A stretch of DNA of 64,000 nucleotides from Candidatus Thermosaccharophagus tengchongensis (GTDB taxonomy: Bacteria > Armatimonadota > Fervidibacteria > Fervidibacterales > Thermosaccharophagaceae): the NCBI GenBank assembly GCA_032161105.1, contig JAVHTD010000012.1; one strand, written 5' to 3'. Position numbers and translations under genes: made by a program. How positions within the stretch are numbered: the stretch's first letter is position 1; every line of letters begins with the position of its first letter. This document shows positions 1 to 10,631 of the stretch, in pieces. The notes beneath the pieces were generated by a model that was given only the letters and a program-made list of their open reading frames with translations, was not told the DNA's origin and searched no databases.

Positions 1-53
1 CAGTGAAAGTTCACAGGGGCAGTTTCCGAGTTCACGACTGAGGAACGATGTGA

Positions 54-75
54 GGCGGACTATCGTCCGCCCTAC
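54..75 (-). repeat. GTAG-type REP-like palindrome
   Basis: Minus strand reads GTAG-GGCGGAC-GATA-GTCCGCC: GTAG tetranucleotide plus perfect 7-bp hairpin; single copy seen. Confidence 0.4.
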
Positions 76-117
76 AATCTCCACACGATGTTTTTAAACT
101 CAAAGGAGGGGTGCGAA

Positions 118-864
118 ATGAAGCGAGCAGCTGGAATGCTTAGGTTGAGGTGGAGAGGTTTTACGCTGATAGAGCTGCTGGTGGTGATAGCGATAATCGC
201 CATCTTGGCAGCGATACTGTTCCCCGTGTTTGCGAGGGCGAGGGAAAAAGCGAGAAGCGCATCATGCCAAAGCAACTTGAAGCAAATCGGGCTGGGCATT
301 TTGCAGTATTGTCAGGACTACGATGAGTTCTTTCCGGTTGTGCGCGGATATGACCCGACTATTGGCAAGCTCTGGACATGGAAGTCGGAGATAATGCCCT
401 ATGTGAAGAATGACAAAATCTTCACATGTCCATCAAGCCCCTACATTAACAATCCCTATTGCGGTGATTGCATAACTTGCGCCACCCAAAGTATTGAATC
501 GCCATACCTTGACAGGTCTTATGCATGGGCAACTGCGAGTGGCGATAACCCTGCAACCGACAACTTCTCATACGGATGGGGAGCTCGTCCACCGCACCAG
601 TCAATGATAAAGTCGCCGGCGAATGTTTTGATGATCGTAGAGACACATACAACCTGCATAGACCACTGTGCATGGTGTAGCGGCAATGCGCGCTGTGACC
701 ACAATGGCTACGGCAACTTCCTCTTCGCTGATGGGCATGTGAAGATCATGAAATGGACACATACCTACCAGCCAGTATGCATGTGGGAGTTCAGCAGGGC
801 TGCTGCGGGAACAATTTGTAGGGATCCCAATTGGGTGAACAATGTGCGTGCTGAATGCCGTTGA
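118..864 (+). CDS. Prepilin-type N-terminal cleavage/methylation protein, DUF1559 / H-X9-DG family
   Basis: [43 protein letters not shown] and C-terminal [25 protein letters not shown] before ATG 118. Confidence 0.9.
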   Translation: MKRAAGMLRLRWRGFTLIELLVVIAIIAILAAILFPVFARAREKARSASCQSNLKQIGLGILQYCQDYDEFFPVVRGYDPTIGKLWTWKSEIMPYVKNDKIFTCPSSPYINNPYCGDCITCATQSIESPYLDRSYAWATASGDNPATDNFSYGWGARPPHQSMIKSPANVLMIVETHTTCIDHCAWCSGNARCDHNGYGNFLFADGHVKIMKWTHTYQPVCMWEFSRAAAGTICRDPNWVNNVRAECR

Positions 865-1253
865 GGGCGCTGGCGATAAATGCCTCGCTGCCACTCACAA
901 ACTCAGAACTGAAGAAGAGCTTTCATCGCCTGTGATAACTTGATGTGCGTGTTCAAGTTTTCTTGAGCATTCAAAATGCCGTCTTCTGTGATGCTCGTGC
1001 AAAGTGGCATTCGGATTTGAAGCACAGGAGGCGAAGTTTGTCCCGGCACTGCAGTGGAGGCGCTAACCCGAAAGGATCACGAATGACGGCGTGTTTTTCG
1101 CACCGATTGCGCATTGCGGCATTGAGCCATTCGCTTTAACGCTCTCTTCATCCTCATGAAATACTCCCTGCGCCATACTAAGGGTTGAGTGTGTATGCCC
1201 TTCAACCTTTGCGTTTAATCAAGCGCTCATGCGATGAAGGGAGATAGGACCGT

Positions 1254-1895
1254 ATGCATGAGGGTAAGCGTGAGACGAACTCAATGTTTGACAGTGATAG
1301 CCTTACATGTGCCATTGGCTGTCCTGGTGTGGGAGGGAAAATTGATATTCTCACAACTCGCCTCAACGCGTTCAAGGAGTGGCTTGAGGATTTCCTAAGG
1401 GGTGTTGGCGTTGCGAGGCTGATTGATGTGGCTCGCAAGAATTCGCTCTGGTATATGACATTCGGATTGGCATGCTGTGCTATTGAGATGATGCACACGA
1501 TCGGACCGAGATACGACTTTGACAGGTATGGCATGATGCCGAGGGCGACTCCGAGGCAATCGGATTTGATGATAATTGCCGGAACGGTCACATACAAGAT
1601 GGCTCCGAGAATAAGGGTGCTCTATGAGCAGATGGCGGAGCCAAGGTGGGTAATAGCGATGGGCGCTTGCGCAATTGGCGGCGGTCCATTCTACGATTCG
1701 TATAGCGTGTTAAATGGTGTGGACAAAATCATCCCGGTGGATGTGTATGTTCCGGGTTGTCCACCAACGCCCGAGCAATTGCTTTGGGGAGTGAAGATGC
1801 TTCAGGATAAGATACTTCGTGGCGAAGTCAGACGCATGCCAAAGGAACAAAAGGAGAAGCTCATGTCACTCATAGCGAAGCACACGGACAAGTGA
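1254..1895 (+). CDS. nuoB: NADH-quinone oxidoreductase subunit B
   Basis: [43 protein letters not shown]; start uncertain. Confidence 0.92.
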   Translation: MHEGKRETNSMFDSDSLTCAIGCPGVGGKIDILTTRLNAFKEWLEDFLRGVGVARLIDVARKNSLWYMTFGLACCAIEMMHTIGPRYDFDRYGMMPRATPRQSDLMIIAGTVTYKMAPRIRVLYEQMAEPRWVIAMGACAIGGGPFYDSYSVLNGVDKIIPVDVYVPGCPPTPEQLLWGVKMLQDKILRGEVRRMPKEQKEKLMSLIAKHTDK

Positions 1896-1904
1896 TGGTG
1901 ATTT

Positions 1905-2489
1905 TTGATGGCGCTCGCCAGCAACTTCGTGAGGACAACTGCTGGGCTTATGAAGGGGCTTAAGGTGACCGCCAAAAATTTCCTTAGCACAGTCATCATG
2001 AGGCGGGCAATGACGATAACCGAAAAGTGGGGCGCAAGGAAAATAGCCGACAGGTATCGTGGGATAATCGTGCTCACCACGGACCTTCAAACTGGTGAGG
2101 AGAATTGCATCGGATGCATGGGGTGCGTGCGCGCTTGTCCGGACCATTGCATCTACATTGAAGTTGAAAGGCGAGAAGGGCACCGTGGGCGCTACCCGAT
2201 TAAGTTCATCGTTGATTTGAGCCTGTGCAGCTTCTGCGGGCTCTGCGTTGAAGCCTGTCCAACGCCATCGCTAATCCACAGTCACATTTGGCAGTTTGGC
2301 GGTTACTCGCGCTCCGACCTTTTGCTCGGCAAGGAAAAGCTTTTGAAATGGGGCGACGAGGAGCAAGCGAGAAGGGGCGATGCCGAGTTGATCACCGGAA
2401 AACGCTCACAGCAACGCCGCATAAAGGAAAGGGAGGGCGAGTCAACCGAGGCTAAGGATGAAAGCGCTGGTGAAGGTGAACAAGCATGA
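1905..2489 (+). CDS. nuoI: NADH-quinone oxidoreductase subunit I-like 2[4Fe-4S] protein
   Basis: RYRG, CIGCMGCVRACP and CSFCGLCVEACP; follows nuoB. Confidence 0.8.
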   Translation: MMALASNFVRTTAGLMKGLKVTAKNFLSTVIMRRAMTITEKWGARKIADRYRGIIVLTTDLQTGEENCIGCMGCVRACPDHCIYIEVERREGHRGRYPIKFIVDLSLCSFCGLCVEACPTPSLIHSHIWQFGGYSRSDLLLGKEKLLKWGDEEQARRGDAELITGKRSQQRRIKEREGESTEAKDESAGEGEQA

Positions 2490-3832
2490 CTCAGATGGAA
2501 GCAGCAAGGAAAGGCATTATCACGGAGCAGATGAAAAAAGTGGCTGAGGATGAATGTGTAGATGTTGAGTGGCTGCGTGAGCAGGTTGCCAATGGCAGGG
2601 TGGTGATACCGTGCAACAAAGTTCACATGCCTGAGCCGATCGGCATAGGCGAGGGCTTGCGCGTGAAGGTGAATGCCAACATTGGGACATCACCGATGCA
2701 CGCTGATTTAAATGAGGAACTTGCGAAGCTTGAGATGTGCATTCGCTATGGCGCTGACACAGTTATGGATTTGAGCACTGGCGGGAACTTGAATGAGATA
2801 CGGATGGAAATTCTCAAGCGCTGGCGTAAGCCACTTGGCACAGTCCCAATATATCAAGTCGCACAGGAGTTGCTCAACGAGCGCAAGCCGATAAGCGCAA
2901 TGGAGAGGGAGCATCTTTTTGAAGTTATTGAACGGCAGGCGAAACAGGGCGTTGACTTCATGACAGTCCACTGCGGTGTCACAAGGCATGCACTTGAGCT
3001 GTTTAAGCGCTCAAGGCGCATCGGTGGAATCGTGAGCAGGGGCGGCAGTTTGCTCGCGATGTGGATGGTGGCTAACAACGCGGAGAATCCGCTGTATGAG
3101 CACTTTGACAGGCTGCTTGAGATAGCGAGCCGGTATGATGTGACTTTGAGCTTGGGAGATGGGATGCGCCCCGGAGCAATAGCCGATGCCGGTGACTCCG
3201 CCCAATGGTATGAGACATCAGTGCTCGGTGAATTGACGCGGCGCGCGTGGGAGGCAAATGTGCAAGTCATGATTGAGGGTCCGGGGCATGTCCCGATGCA
3301 CCATGTTGAAGCTCATGTGAAGATGATGAAGGCGCTCTGTCACGGCGCGCCAATTTACTTGCTCGGTCCGTTGACATGCGATGTGGCAGCCGGCTATGAC
3401 CACATTGCTGCTGCAATTGGTGGTGCCATTGCAGCGATGGCTGGTGCTGACTTCCTTTGCTATGTCACGCCTGCGGAGCATTTGAGGTTGCCATCACCTG
3501 AGGATGTGCGCATTGGCATAATAGCGAGCCGAATTGCAGCTCACTCCGCTGACATAGCAAGGGGCATTAAAGGGGCGCTCCAATGGGATAAGCAAATGTC
3601 AAGGGCGAGGAAGGAGCTTGATTGGGAGAGGATGTATGAGTTAGCGGTGGATGGCGATAGGGCGAGGGAATACAGAGCCGACATGAGCGATGCCATCAGG
3701 GGCGTATGCAGCATGTGCGGTCAGTTCTGCGCAGTGGCTACCTCTTCAGCGGTTGAGCGCATTTTGATTGAGGGCGCAAAGGGCGATGTGATTTCCGGGC
3801 TACCAGTGGAATGCCCACTTATACAGCAGTAG
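2486..3832 (+). CDS. thiC: Phosphomethylpyrimidine synthase
   Basis: KVNANIGTS, GADTVMDLSTGG, SRGGS, EGPGHVP, C-terminal CSMCGQFC. Confidence 0.97.
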   Translation: MTQMEAARKGIITEQMKKVAEDECVDVEWLREQVANGRVVIPCNKVHMPEPIGIGEGLRVKVNANIGTSPMHADLNEELAKLEMCIRYGADTVMDLSTGGNLNEIRMEILKRWRKPLGTVPIYQVAQELLNERKPISAMEREHLFEVIERQAKQGVDFMTVHCGVTRHALELFKRSRRIGGIVSRGGSLLAMWMVANNAENPLYEHFDRLLEIASRYDVTLSLGDGMRPGAIADAGDSAQWYETSVLGELTRRAWEANVQVMIEGPGHVPMHHVEAHVKMMKALCHGAPIYLLGPLTCDVAAGYDHIAAAIGGAIAAMAGADFLCYVTPAEHLRLPSPEDVRIGIIASRIAAHSADIARGIKGALQWDKQMSRARKELDWERMYELAVDGDRAREYRADMSDAIRGVCSMCGQFCAVATSSAVERILIEGAKGDVISGLPVECPLIQQ

Positions 3833-3916
3833 CAGATAAGCGGTGCTGCTCAAGCTATCAACTCAAGTTTAACCCAAGTCCTCAGCAACCGAGGGCTGGG
3901 CAGTGGGTGATTTGCG

Positions 3917-4918
3917 TTGAGTGAGCCTATGTTGACCTTGAAAGAGGTTGAACCACTGCTAAGGCGATTCCATGAGGCGAAAATACTCGTTGTGGGCGAC
4001 TTGATGCTTGACGAATACATCATCGGTGATGCCGAGCGCTTGTCTCCTGAGGCGCCTGTGCCGGTCCTATTGCGCCGTGAGCGCAAGGTGGGACCCGGCG
4101 GGGCTGGGAATGTAGTTTGCAATCTGCGCTCATTAGGGGCACATGTTTTTGTGTCAGGCGTTGTCGGTGAGGATCTCGCAGGGCAGGAGTTGATTTGCGT
4201 CCTTGAGTCAATTGGTGCGGATACACAAGCCATCGTGGTGGATAGCTCTCGCCCGACAACACTCAAGACGCGCATCATCGCTCACAAACAGCAGCTTGTT
4301 CGGATTGATCATGAGGTCAGAACACCAATAGGTGAATCAACCTGTGACACGCTTGTTGAGCGCATTGCCCCTCTGATTACGAGCGTGGATGCCGTCATAG
4401 TCTCCGATTATGCAAAAGGCGTGGTGACGGAGAGATTGATGAGCGCTCTTAAGGCGATTTCAAGGAGGGATGCAGTTTTGCTGTGTGGCGGTCCAAAGCC
4501 ACGCAACATAGCTTCGTTTGCTGGGTTTGATCTTCTGAGCTTCAACAGGGCTGAGGCAAGGGAGTCAGCCATGCTCAACGGTGAGCCAATTGATGACTAT
4601 AAGCGCATTGGGAGTTTGCTTGTGAGCAGGCTCAATGTCAAGTGGCTTGTGATAACGCGTGGCGAGGAGGGCGCAAGCTTATTTGATGACGGTGGGTGGA
4701 TTTGCGATATACCTTCACATCGCGTAACGGTCTACGATGTTGCCGGAGCCGGCGATACCTACCTTGCTGCGATAGTGCTGGCTTTGGTTTGCGGCGCCGA
4801 TTTTGTGGCGGCAGCGAAATTGGCAAATGCTGCTGCAGCTGCTGCAGTCTGCAAAGTCGGGGTCGCTCCTGTGACGGCGGAGGAGATACGGCGTATTTTG
4901 AGCGGCAGATTAATTTGA
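3917..4918 (+). CDS. rfaE1: D-glycero-beta-D-manno-heptose-7-phosphate kinase (HldE/RfaE kinase domain, PfkB family)
   Basis: [41 protein letters not shown]. Confidence 0.88.
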   Translation: MSEPMLTLKEVEPLLRRFHEAKILVVGDLMLDEYIIGDAERLSPEAPVPVLLRRERKVGPGGAGNVVCNLRSLGAHVFVSGVVGEDLAGQELICVLESIGADTQAIVVDSSRPTTLKTRIIAHKQQLVRIDHEVRTPIGESTCDTLVERIAPLITSVDAVIVSDYAKGVVTERLMSALKAISRRDAVLLCGGPKPRNIASFAGFDLLSFNRAEARESAMLNGEPIDDYKRIGSLLVSRLNVKWLVITRGEEGASLFDDGGWICDIPSHRVTVYDVAGAGDTYLAAIVLALVCGADFVAAAKLANAAAAAAVCKVGVAPVTAEEIRRILSGRLI

Positions 4919-4926
4919 GAGGGCTC

Positions 4927-5769
4927 ATGCAAAGGCGGCATGACGCCACTTCAACCAACGCTTCATCTCCAACCGAGCTGATGCGGATGGGAACGCTCCC
5001 TTGCGCATTGACCATAGCTGGTTCGGATTCAAGCGGCGGCGCAGGTGTGCAGGCTGACTTGAAAACATTCTCGGCGTTGGGTGTCTTTGGGACATGTGCC
5101 ATAACGGCGCTGACGGCACAAAACACGCTCGGCGTAATAGCTATCCACAATGTCCCGCCCGAGTTCGTTGCCGCTCAAATTGAAGCGGTGGTGAGTGACT
5201 TAAAGGTTAACGCAGTTAAAACTGGCATGTTGGCAAATGCGAGCACCGTTGAAGTTGTGTCGGAGAAGGTCAAAGAATACAACCTCCAACCGCTCGTCGT
5301 TGACCCCGTCATCGTTGCTGGAACTGGTGCAAGGTTGCTAACTGAGGATGGTGTTGAGGTGCTGAAGCGCAAGCTGCTGCCGCTGGCTACCATAGTCACG
5401 CCGAACGCCCGTGAAGCGGAGGCGTTAACTGGCATCGCAGTGACATCACTTCAAAGCGCAAAGGATGCCGCAATGGCATTGCGCGAACTCGGCGCATCAA
5501 TATCTGTGATCAAGGGCGGGCACTTGGGATTGAGCGAAGCTGTTGACCTGGTTTACGATGGCGCTACTTTCATTGAGCTTCGTTCAGAGCGCGCCTTTAA
5601 GGGCAGGCTGCATGGCGCTGGATGCGTCTTTTCGGCAGCGATAACTGCTTACCTTGCCGCTGGCGCTCCACCGCTTCAGGCAATCGCAAACGCCAAGCAG
5701 TTCATACAGCGCTCAATTGAAAGAGCCATCCCTATCGGGGCTGGCGCCGTGCCCGTCAACCCAATGTGA
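4927..5769 (+). CDS. thiD: Hydroxymethylpyrimidine/phosphomethylpyrimidine kinase
   Basis: [37 protein letters not shown]; start could be 4981. Confidence 0.95.
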   Translation: MQRRHDATSTNASSPTELMRMGTLPCALTIAGSDSSGGAGVQADLKTFSALGVFGTCAITALTAQNTLGVIAIHNVPPEFVAAQIEAVVSDLKVNAVKTGMLANASTVEVVSEKVKEYNLQPLVVDPVIVAGTGARLLTEDGVEVLKRKLLPLATIVTPNAREAEALTGIAVTSLQSAKDAAMALRELGASISVIKGGHLGLSEAVDLVYDGATFIELRSERAFKGRLHGAGCVFSAAITAYLAAGAPPLQAIANAKQFIQRSIERAIPIGAGAVPVNPM

Positions 5770-5792
5770 CTTTGCAAGCTCAGCAATGGCGC

Positions 5793-6068
5793 TTACTTCG
5801 GCTTGCCATACTTTGATTCAAACTCCTCGTCGGAGAGTTCAAAGAAGTCTCGGTTCATTTGGATGTAGTGCCTCATGTCATCTGGCACATCATCCTCATG
5901 TTGCGGCACTCGTGGGTCTTGTGGGCAAACTTCATTGCATGTGCCGCACTCCGTGCATTCATCCGGATTGATGTAAACCATATCGGTTCCTTCATGGATG
6001 CAGTTTACAGGGCACTCCTCAACGCATGTCAAGCATTTTGTGCAGCCATCAGTTATGACATAAGGCAT
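5793..6068 (-). CDS. 2[4Fe-4S] ferredoxin
   Basis: MPYVIT..CTKCLTCVEECP and CTECGTCNEVCP; AGGAGG RBS. Confidence 0.92.
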   Translation of the reverse strand: MPYVITDGCTKCLTCVEECPVNCIHEGTDMVYINPDECTECGTCNEVCPQDPRVPQHEDDVPDDMRHYIQMNRDFFELSDEEFESKYGKPK

Positions 6069-6283
6069 CCTAATCTCCCCCCTCCTGCTATTTGCAACCT
6101 CTCCTATGCAGGTATAACCTCACGCAAGTATAGCGCACTTCTGCGGTGGGCAAATGATGTATGCAAGGCAGTAGCCTGCCCGTGTGTTGTGCTCCATTTT
6201 CTCAATTGTTTTTTCAGGCTATAATTCGTGCAGCAGATGTGTAGGGAGTGCATTACAGCATGCGCGAGGAGGAGCAGTCAGCA

Positions 6284-7291
6284 ATGTATCGCAGCGCATC
6301 GTCATACCCGCGTGGAAGGCGCAAGCGCCCATCAAAGTTTGTGTGTGCATTGGTTGCAGCAGTCATTGCGTCAGCGATTCTTGCGCTTGCGATTATCAAC
6401 TATCGCAAGGCAGCACTTTTGAGTCATCGGGTGGGGGTTCAGCAGGAAAGCATCCCAACGCCGATTGCTCCCACAAAGCCAAGCATCCCAAAAAAGGTGT
6501 CATTGCCGAGTGACTACGCCATCCCTATCCTTTGCTACCACGATTTTCGTGATAGCGGAAAGCACAGGTGGTGGGCAACCCCGCCAAAACGATTTGAGGC
6601 ACAGCTGCAAATGTTGAATGCGCTCGGATTCACATTCCTGACTATGAGCGAAGCTGTAGACCTTATCCAAGGTCGTTGGAATAAACCAATCCCAAAGCGC
6701 CCAGTTGTCATAACGATAGACGATGGGTTTCGCTCGGCATACAAGGTTGCATATCCACTGCTCTCAAAGTATGGTGCGAAGGCGACGCTTTTCGTTTACA
6801 CAAATGCCATTGGCAGTTTTGGTCTTTCATGGGAGCAGTTGCGCGAGATGACCCAATCGGGTAGAATTGAAGTCGCATCGCACACTGTCACACACCCACA
6901 TCCAGATCACCTCAAGCGGCTCAAGAAACAATACGGTGTGAATGGTTATCGTGAGCGCTTGGTATACGAGTTCGCCACCTCAAAGCGCTTGCTTGAGCAA
7001 AACCTTGGCGTGAGAGTGAATGGGCTTGCCTACACAGGTGGCGTAGTTGATGCTGTTGCAATGGAAATAGCTCGTGCTGTTGGGTATAAATGGGCGGTTA
7101 AAATTGATCCACAGCCATTTAAGCCCACGACGGATGTATACTGCATACCACGCTATGCTGTGAACAATGGCACAACAGTTATGGCGCTCAGGGCTTGGCT
7201 TATGGGTGGAGGTTTGCACAAGCAATTTGGCAAGTTAAATCGGAGGGGAGTTGCAAGCCAACGGAGGATGTTGAAGATGAGAGGTGGGTGA
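6284..7291 (+). CDS. Membrane-anchored polysaccharide deacetylase (CE4/NodB, PgaB/IcaB-like)
   Basis: N-terminal TM, PILCYH, VITIDDG, ASHTVTHP. Confidence 0.88.
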   Translation: MYRSASSYPRGRRKRPSKFVCALVAAVIASAILALAIINYRKAALLSHRVGVQQESIPTPIAPTKPSIPKKVSLPSDYAIPILCYHDFRDSGKHRWWATPPKRFEAQLQMLNALGFTFLTMSEAVDLIQGRWNKPIPKRPVVITIDDGFRSAYKVAYPLLSKYGAKATLFVYTNAIGSFGLSWEQLREMTQSGRIEVASHTVTHPHPDHLKRLKKQYGVNGYRERLVYEFATSKRLLEQNLGVRVNGLAYTGGVVDAVAMEIARAVGYKWAVKIDPQPFKPTTDVYCIPRYAVNNGTTVMALRAWLMGGGLHKQFGKLNRRGVASQRRMLKMRGG

Positions 7292-7329
7292 GGGAAAAGT
7301 TGCAATTGCACCATTAGCGGGGTTGAAAA

Positions 7330-9357
7330 TTAGTGGGATTGAAAGTGGGTCGGTTTGGATGGACATTTGCCCAACTTGCACCATATGAGCTTTTCATCAA
7401 CTTGCCAATGGGTGTCAAAGAAGCCGGCGCACAAAATCTCGTTTGCGCCATCTGTCTCTTGCTCCTCGGTGAAGATGGCGAAATCCGGCAGGGTGTCAAA
7501 CTTGTGATTTATTGGTAGCCCTTTCCCCCACAACACACCGTCGTAGATGAGAATGTATCGCCTTTGATTTAGCGGGTTGGGATATGCGAGGACAAGTCCC
7601 AGTCTCTTACCGATCGTTTTTGTTGTGAGTTCGTGAGCGCCTATGTGATAGCCATTCTCAAGGAAGCGCACCGGCAACTTGTCGGCAACGAGTTTGACGA
7701 CGCGGTTTTCGTCCGGTCCGCCAACGGCGATAATGTTGTATTGCTCAATGTGTTTCTCTGTGACCTCGGTATCTTTGAGCACGGTTGCAACACCATCAGA
7801 GAACTCAATCCACTCGTCCGAAAGCTGCTTTGCCATCTCTTTGCTGTTGGCTATATCACCAAGCAAGGTGCCATACGCTATGATGAACCTGTGCATGTAT
7901 GAATGCCAGACAGGTCCGCACAGGCTGTTGACCTTCGCCAATCCATCCCTGCATTTGTGAAGCCTGATGGATAGCTTCATCGGCTTTGTCAACTCACCCC
8001 GCGTGAGGGAATCTCCGTTCAAGACGAGATTGAATTTCTTCGCCGGCGAAATGAGTTGCGGATGAAGTTCAAGTGACAGCGCTGCGACATTCCTCGTGTT
8101 CACATATATCGTCCCGTTTGGGAGCGCTGAAACGCGCACGGTGGCGCGCTTGCACCACTCCTCAAGCTCATCAATGGTCGCCCAATATGCCCTGTTATAC
8201 GCCGTTGTGAAGGTGTGGTAGATGATGCGTTTTGGCATCGCCTGCCTGCGCTTCTCCTTGAACCAGTCAAACACCTTTTCAAAAAGCGAGCTGTCAAAGT
8301 AGATCCAATGCGATTCGCCGTGAAGTATATTGACCGTTGTCGGGCAGCCAAAGCTTGAAAGGCGTTTAGCCATGAGAATGGCGTTTGCCACCGGGACGAG
8401 CAAGTCATTCTCACCGTGAATGATGAGCATCGGTAGGTTGATGGCATTCTCAGCGAGCATGTATGGGTTCTCAGCCATTAACACAAATGCCCTCGGTGGC
8501 GGGAGCGTTGTCTGGTCAAGCTCTCCCCAAAGGAAGTGGTAGCGCCTTGCAGCCACAACTGCGACAGCGGCAAACAAATGTGGGTTGTGCAATGCGATCG
8601 CATATGCACCATAGCCGCCCATTGAGACGCCCAAAAGATAAACCCTGTCCTCGTCAACACTGTATTGTGAGAGCACCCTTTTGAGCGCCTCCAGAACATC
8701 CTGTTCGCCGATGTGTATGAAGTCGGTGTTCTTCCTGCCGTGTGGTTGAAGGATGATCAAGTTGCGTTTGTCGGCTATGCGATACACCTCGTCGCTGAGC
8801 AACCACGGATTGGCTTTGTTTATTGATGGATCGTAGCCGTGAAGGAAAACGACGAGGGCATGCTTTGATGACGGACTGTAACCCTCTGGAACATAAACCC
8901 AATAGGGTTGCGCGGAACCATCAGACGGAGAAAAGTAAGCCCGCTCAACCAATCCGGTTGTGCCTTTGAGCGCATCCTCATTTCTCAACCAAGCATTCAT
9001 AGCCTCTTCGGCTTCTGTGAGTGCCTTCGCCACATCCCTCTCGCTCCACCACCAGCTCCCCCCGCTGAGCATAATCTTTGCCTTGTCAAGTTTTAGGCGA
9101 GCCAGTGCGCCAAGTTCGTAATGCTCTTTGTTTACGAGCTCATTTGCAAGTTGGTTATATCTCGCCTCCAACCTCTCATACAGTTCGTGGAGCGTCTCTC
9201 GCCTTGTTGGTAGCCTCCAAAACTGCGGTGCAGCAAAGATGCAACTTGCAAGCAGCATTAGCTCAGCCATAAGGAGCCATCTTAAAAACTTGCGCTGGCA
9301 ACTGCGCGCTGGCGCCTGTCGCATCCTCAGCATTTGCATCCTCATCCACCCTCTCAC
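7330..9357 (-). CDS. Secreted alpha/beta hydrolase (prolyl oligopeptidase/esterase-like)
   Basis: VVFLHG, GVSMGG nucleophile elbow, IHGENDLLVP, GESH; signal-like N-terminus. Confidence 0.8.
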   Translation of the reverse strand: MRGWMRMQMLRMRQAPARSCQRKFLRWLLMAELMLLASCIFAAPQFWRLPTRRETLHELYERLEARYNQLANELVNKEHYELGALARLKLDKAKIMLSGGSWWWSERDVAKALTEAEEAMNAWLRNEDALKGTTGLVERAYFSPSDGSAQPYWVYVPEGYSPSSKHALVVFLHGYDPSINKANPWLLSDEVYRIADKRNLIILQPHGRKNTDFIHIGEQDVLEALKRVLSQYSVDEDRVYLLGVSMGGYGAYAIALHNPHLFAAVAVVAARRYHFLWGELDQTTLPPPRAFVLMAENPYMLAENAINLPMLIIHGENDLLVPVANAILMAKRLSSFGCPTTVNILHGESHWIYFDSSLFEKVFDWFKEKRRQAMPKRIIYHTFTTAYNRAYWATIDELEEWCKRATVRVSALPNGTIYVNTRNVAALSLELHPQLISPAKKFNLVLNGDSLTRGELTKPMKLSIRLHKCRDGLAKVNSLCGPVWHSYMHRFIIAYGTLLGDIANSKEMAKQLSDEWIEFSDGVATVLKDTEVTEKHIEQYNIIAVGGPDENRVVKLVADKLPVRFLENGYHIGAHELTTKTIGKRLGLVLAYPNPLNQRRYILIYDGVLWGKGLPINHKFDTLPDFAIFTEEQETDGANEILCAGFFDTHWQVDEKLIWCKLGKCPSKPTHFQSH

Positions 9358-10115
9358 ATGTTCAACCCGCCATCAATTACGAAGACCTGTCCGGTGATGT
9401 AACCAGCAAGTTCGGTGCAGAGGAAAGCGACAAGGTGGGCAACTTCTTCCGGGCGCGCAAACCGTTGCATCGGGATGAGCTCAAGCATTGCCTTCCTTTT
9501 GGTTTCCGGCAAAGAGGCTATCATGTCGGTTTCAACCACTCCGGGCGCAATCGCATTGACAGTAATTCCTGATCTCGCTACTTCCCTTGCGACAGCTTTC
9601 GTGAAGCCAATTAGGCCGGCTTTCGCCGCGCAGTAGTGGGCTCTCATCACATCACCCATCAATCCCGCGTCTGAGGAGATATTGATGATGCGCCCCCACC
9701 TGTTCCTCGTCATGCTCCTCAGAGCCATCTTAGTGCACAGGAAAGCGCCTTTGAGGGAGGTGTCCACGACCTCGTTCCATTCGGACTCGCTCATCAGCAT
9801 GAGGAAGCTCTCCCTCAAGATGCCCGCATTGTTTACGAGTATATCCACCTTGCCCCATCGCTTAAGCACCTGCGAGAACATTTCGCTAACTTGCGATGCA
9901 TCACGCACATCCGCTCGGATGGGAAATGCCTTGCCACCTTGCGATTGAATTGCCTCAACGACCTTCATTGCGCCTTCTTCATCCTGCCTGTAGTTGACAG
10001 CTACAAGTGCTCCATCGCTTGCAAGGCGAATAGCAATTGCAGCACCAATGCCCCTTGAAGCACCAGTGACTAAGGCAACTCTTTCAGACAGCTCCTTACC
10101 CATCCCGACCACCAT
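9354..10115 (-). CDS. fabG: 3-oxoacyl-ACP reductase (SDR)
   Basis: TGASRGIG, LVNNAG, YCAAKAG, ITGQVFVIDGG. Confidence 0.85.
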   Translation of the reverse strand: MVVGMGKELSERVALVTGASRGIGAAIAIRLASDGALVAVNYRQDEEGAMKVVEAIQSQGGKAFPIRADVRDASQVSEMFSQVLKRWGKVDILVNNAGILRESFLMLMSESEWNEVVDTSLKGAFLCTKMALRSMTRNRWGRIINISSDAGLMGDVMRAHYCAAKAGLIGFTKAVAREVARSGITVNAIAPGVVETDMIASLPETKRKAMLELIPMQRFARPEEVAHLVAFLCTELAGYITGQVFVIDGGLNM

Positions 10116-10154
10116 CCAATAGCGAAGCCGAATTGGGTGATTAAGTGCGTGTCG

Positions 10155-10544
10155 CTACCCCTCAAGCACAGCCACTGCGATTGCCAATGTGTGCGTGTGC
10201 GTTAGCGAGAGCCAAATCCGCTTTACGCCCATGCTTGAAGCCATTCTTTCAGCAGCCCCGCTAAGGTAAACTTTTGGAGCACCATTTGCATCCCTTATGA
10301 CGGCTATCTCACGCAAGCTTATGCCCGCCAAACCAGTCCCGAGCGCCTTGGCGACTGCCTCCCTTGCGGCATAGCGAGCTGCGAAGTGCTTTGCCGGTTC
10401 AGCCTGCGACATGCAATATGCTGCTTCTTCAGGTTGGAAAACTTTGCTGATGAAACGGTTGCCGTAGCGCTCAAGCATCGCCCTTATGCGTTCCACCTCA
10501 ACCGCATCAATTCCTATGCCGATGATGGGCATCCTTAGCTTCAC
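10155..10544 (-). CDS. acpS: Holo-ACP synthase
   Basis: IIGIGID, FAARYAAREAVAKALGTG, GAP, LSLTH. Confidence 0.92.
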   Translation of the reverse strand: MKLRMPIIGIGIDAVEVERIRAMLERYGNRFISKVFQPEEAAYCMSQAEPAKHFAARYAAREAVAKALGTGLAGISLREIAVIRDANGAPKVYLSGAAERMASSMGVKRIWLSLTHTHTLAIAVAVLEG

Positions 10545-10631
10545 CCCCGTTATGCGCCCAAGCGGTGTTTGCCCAGCTCATGCGGCTCACGATAGATTTG
10601 GCTCTGCATCGGGGGAGCGTGTCCAAGGGGT

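Noticed and set aside
1160..1245. TPP riboswitch-like words (TGAG, CCCTTCAACCT, TAAT, AGGGA) upstream of a thiC-containing unit
   Set aside because: Lacks the CTGAGA and CCTGATC cores and the P4/P5 pairing; only a simple hairpin is supportable
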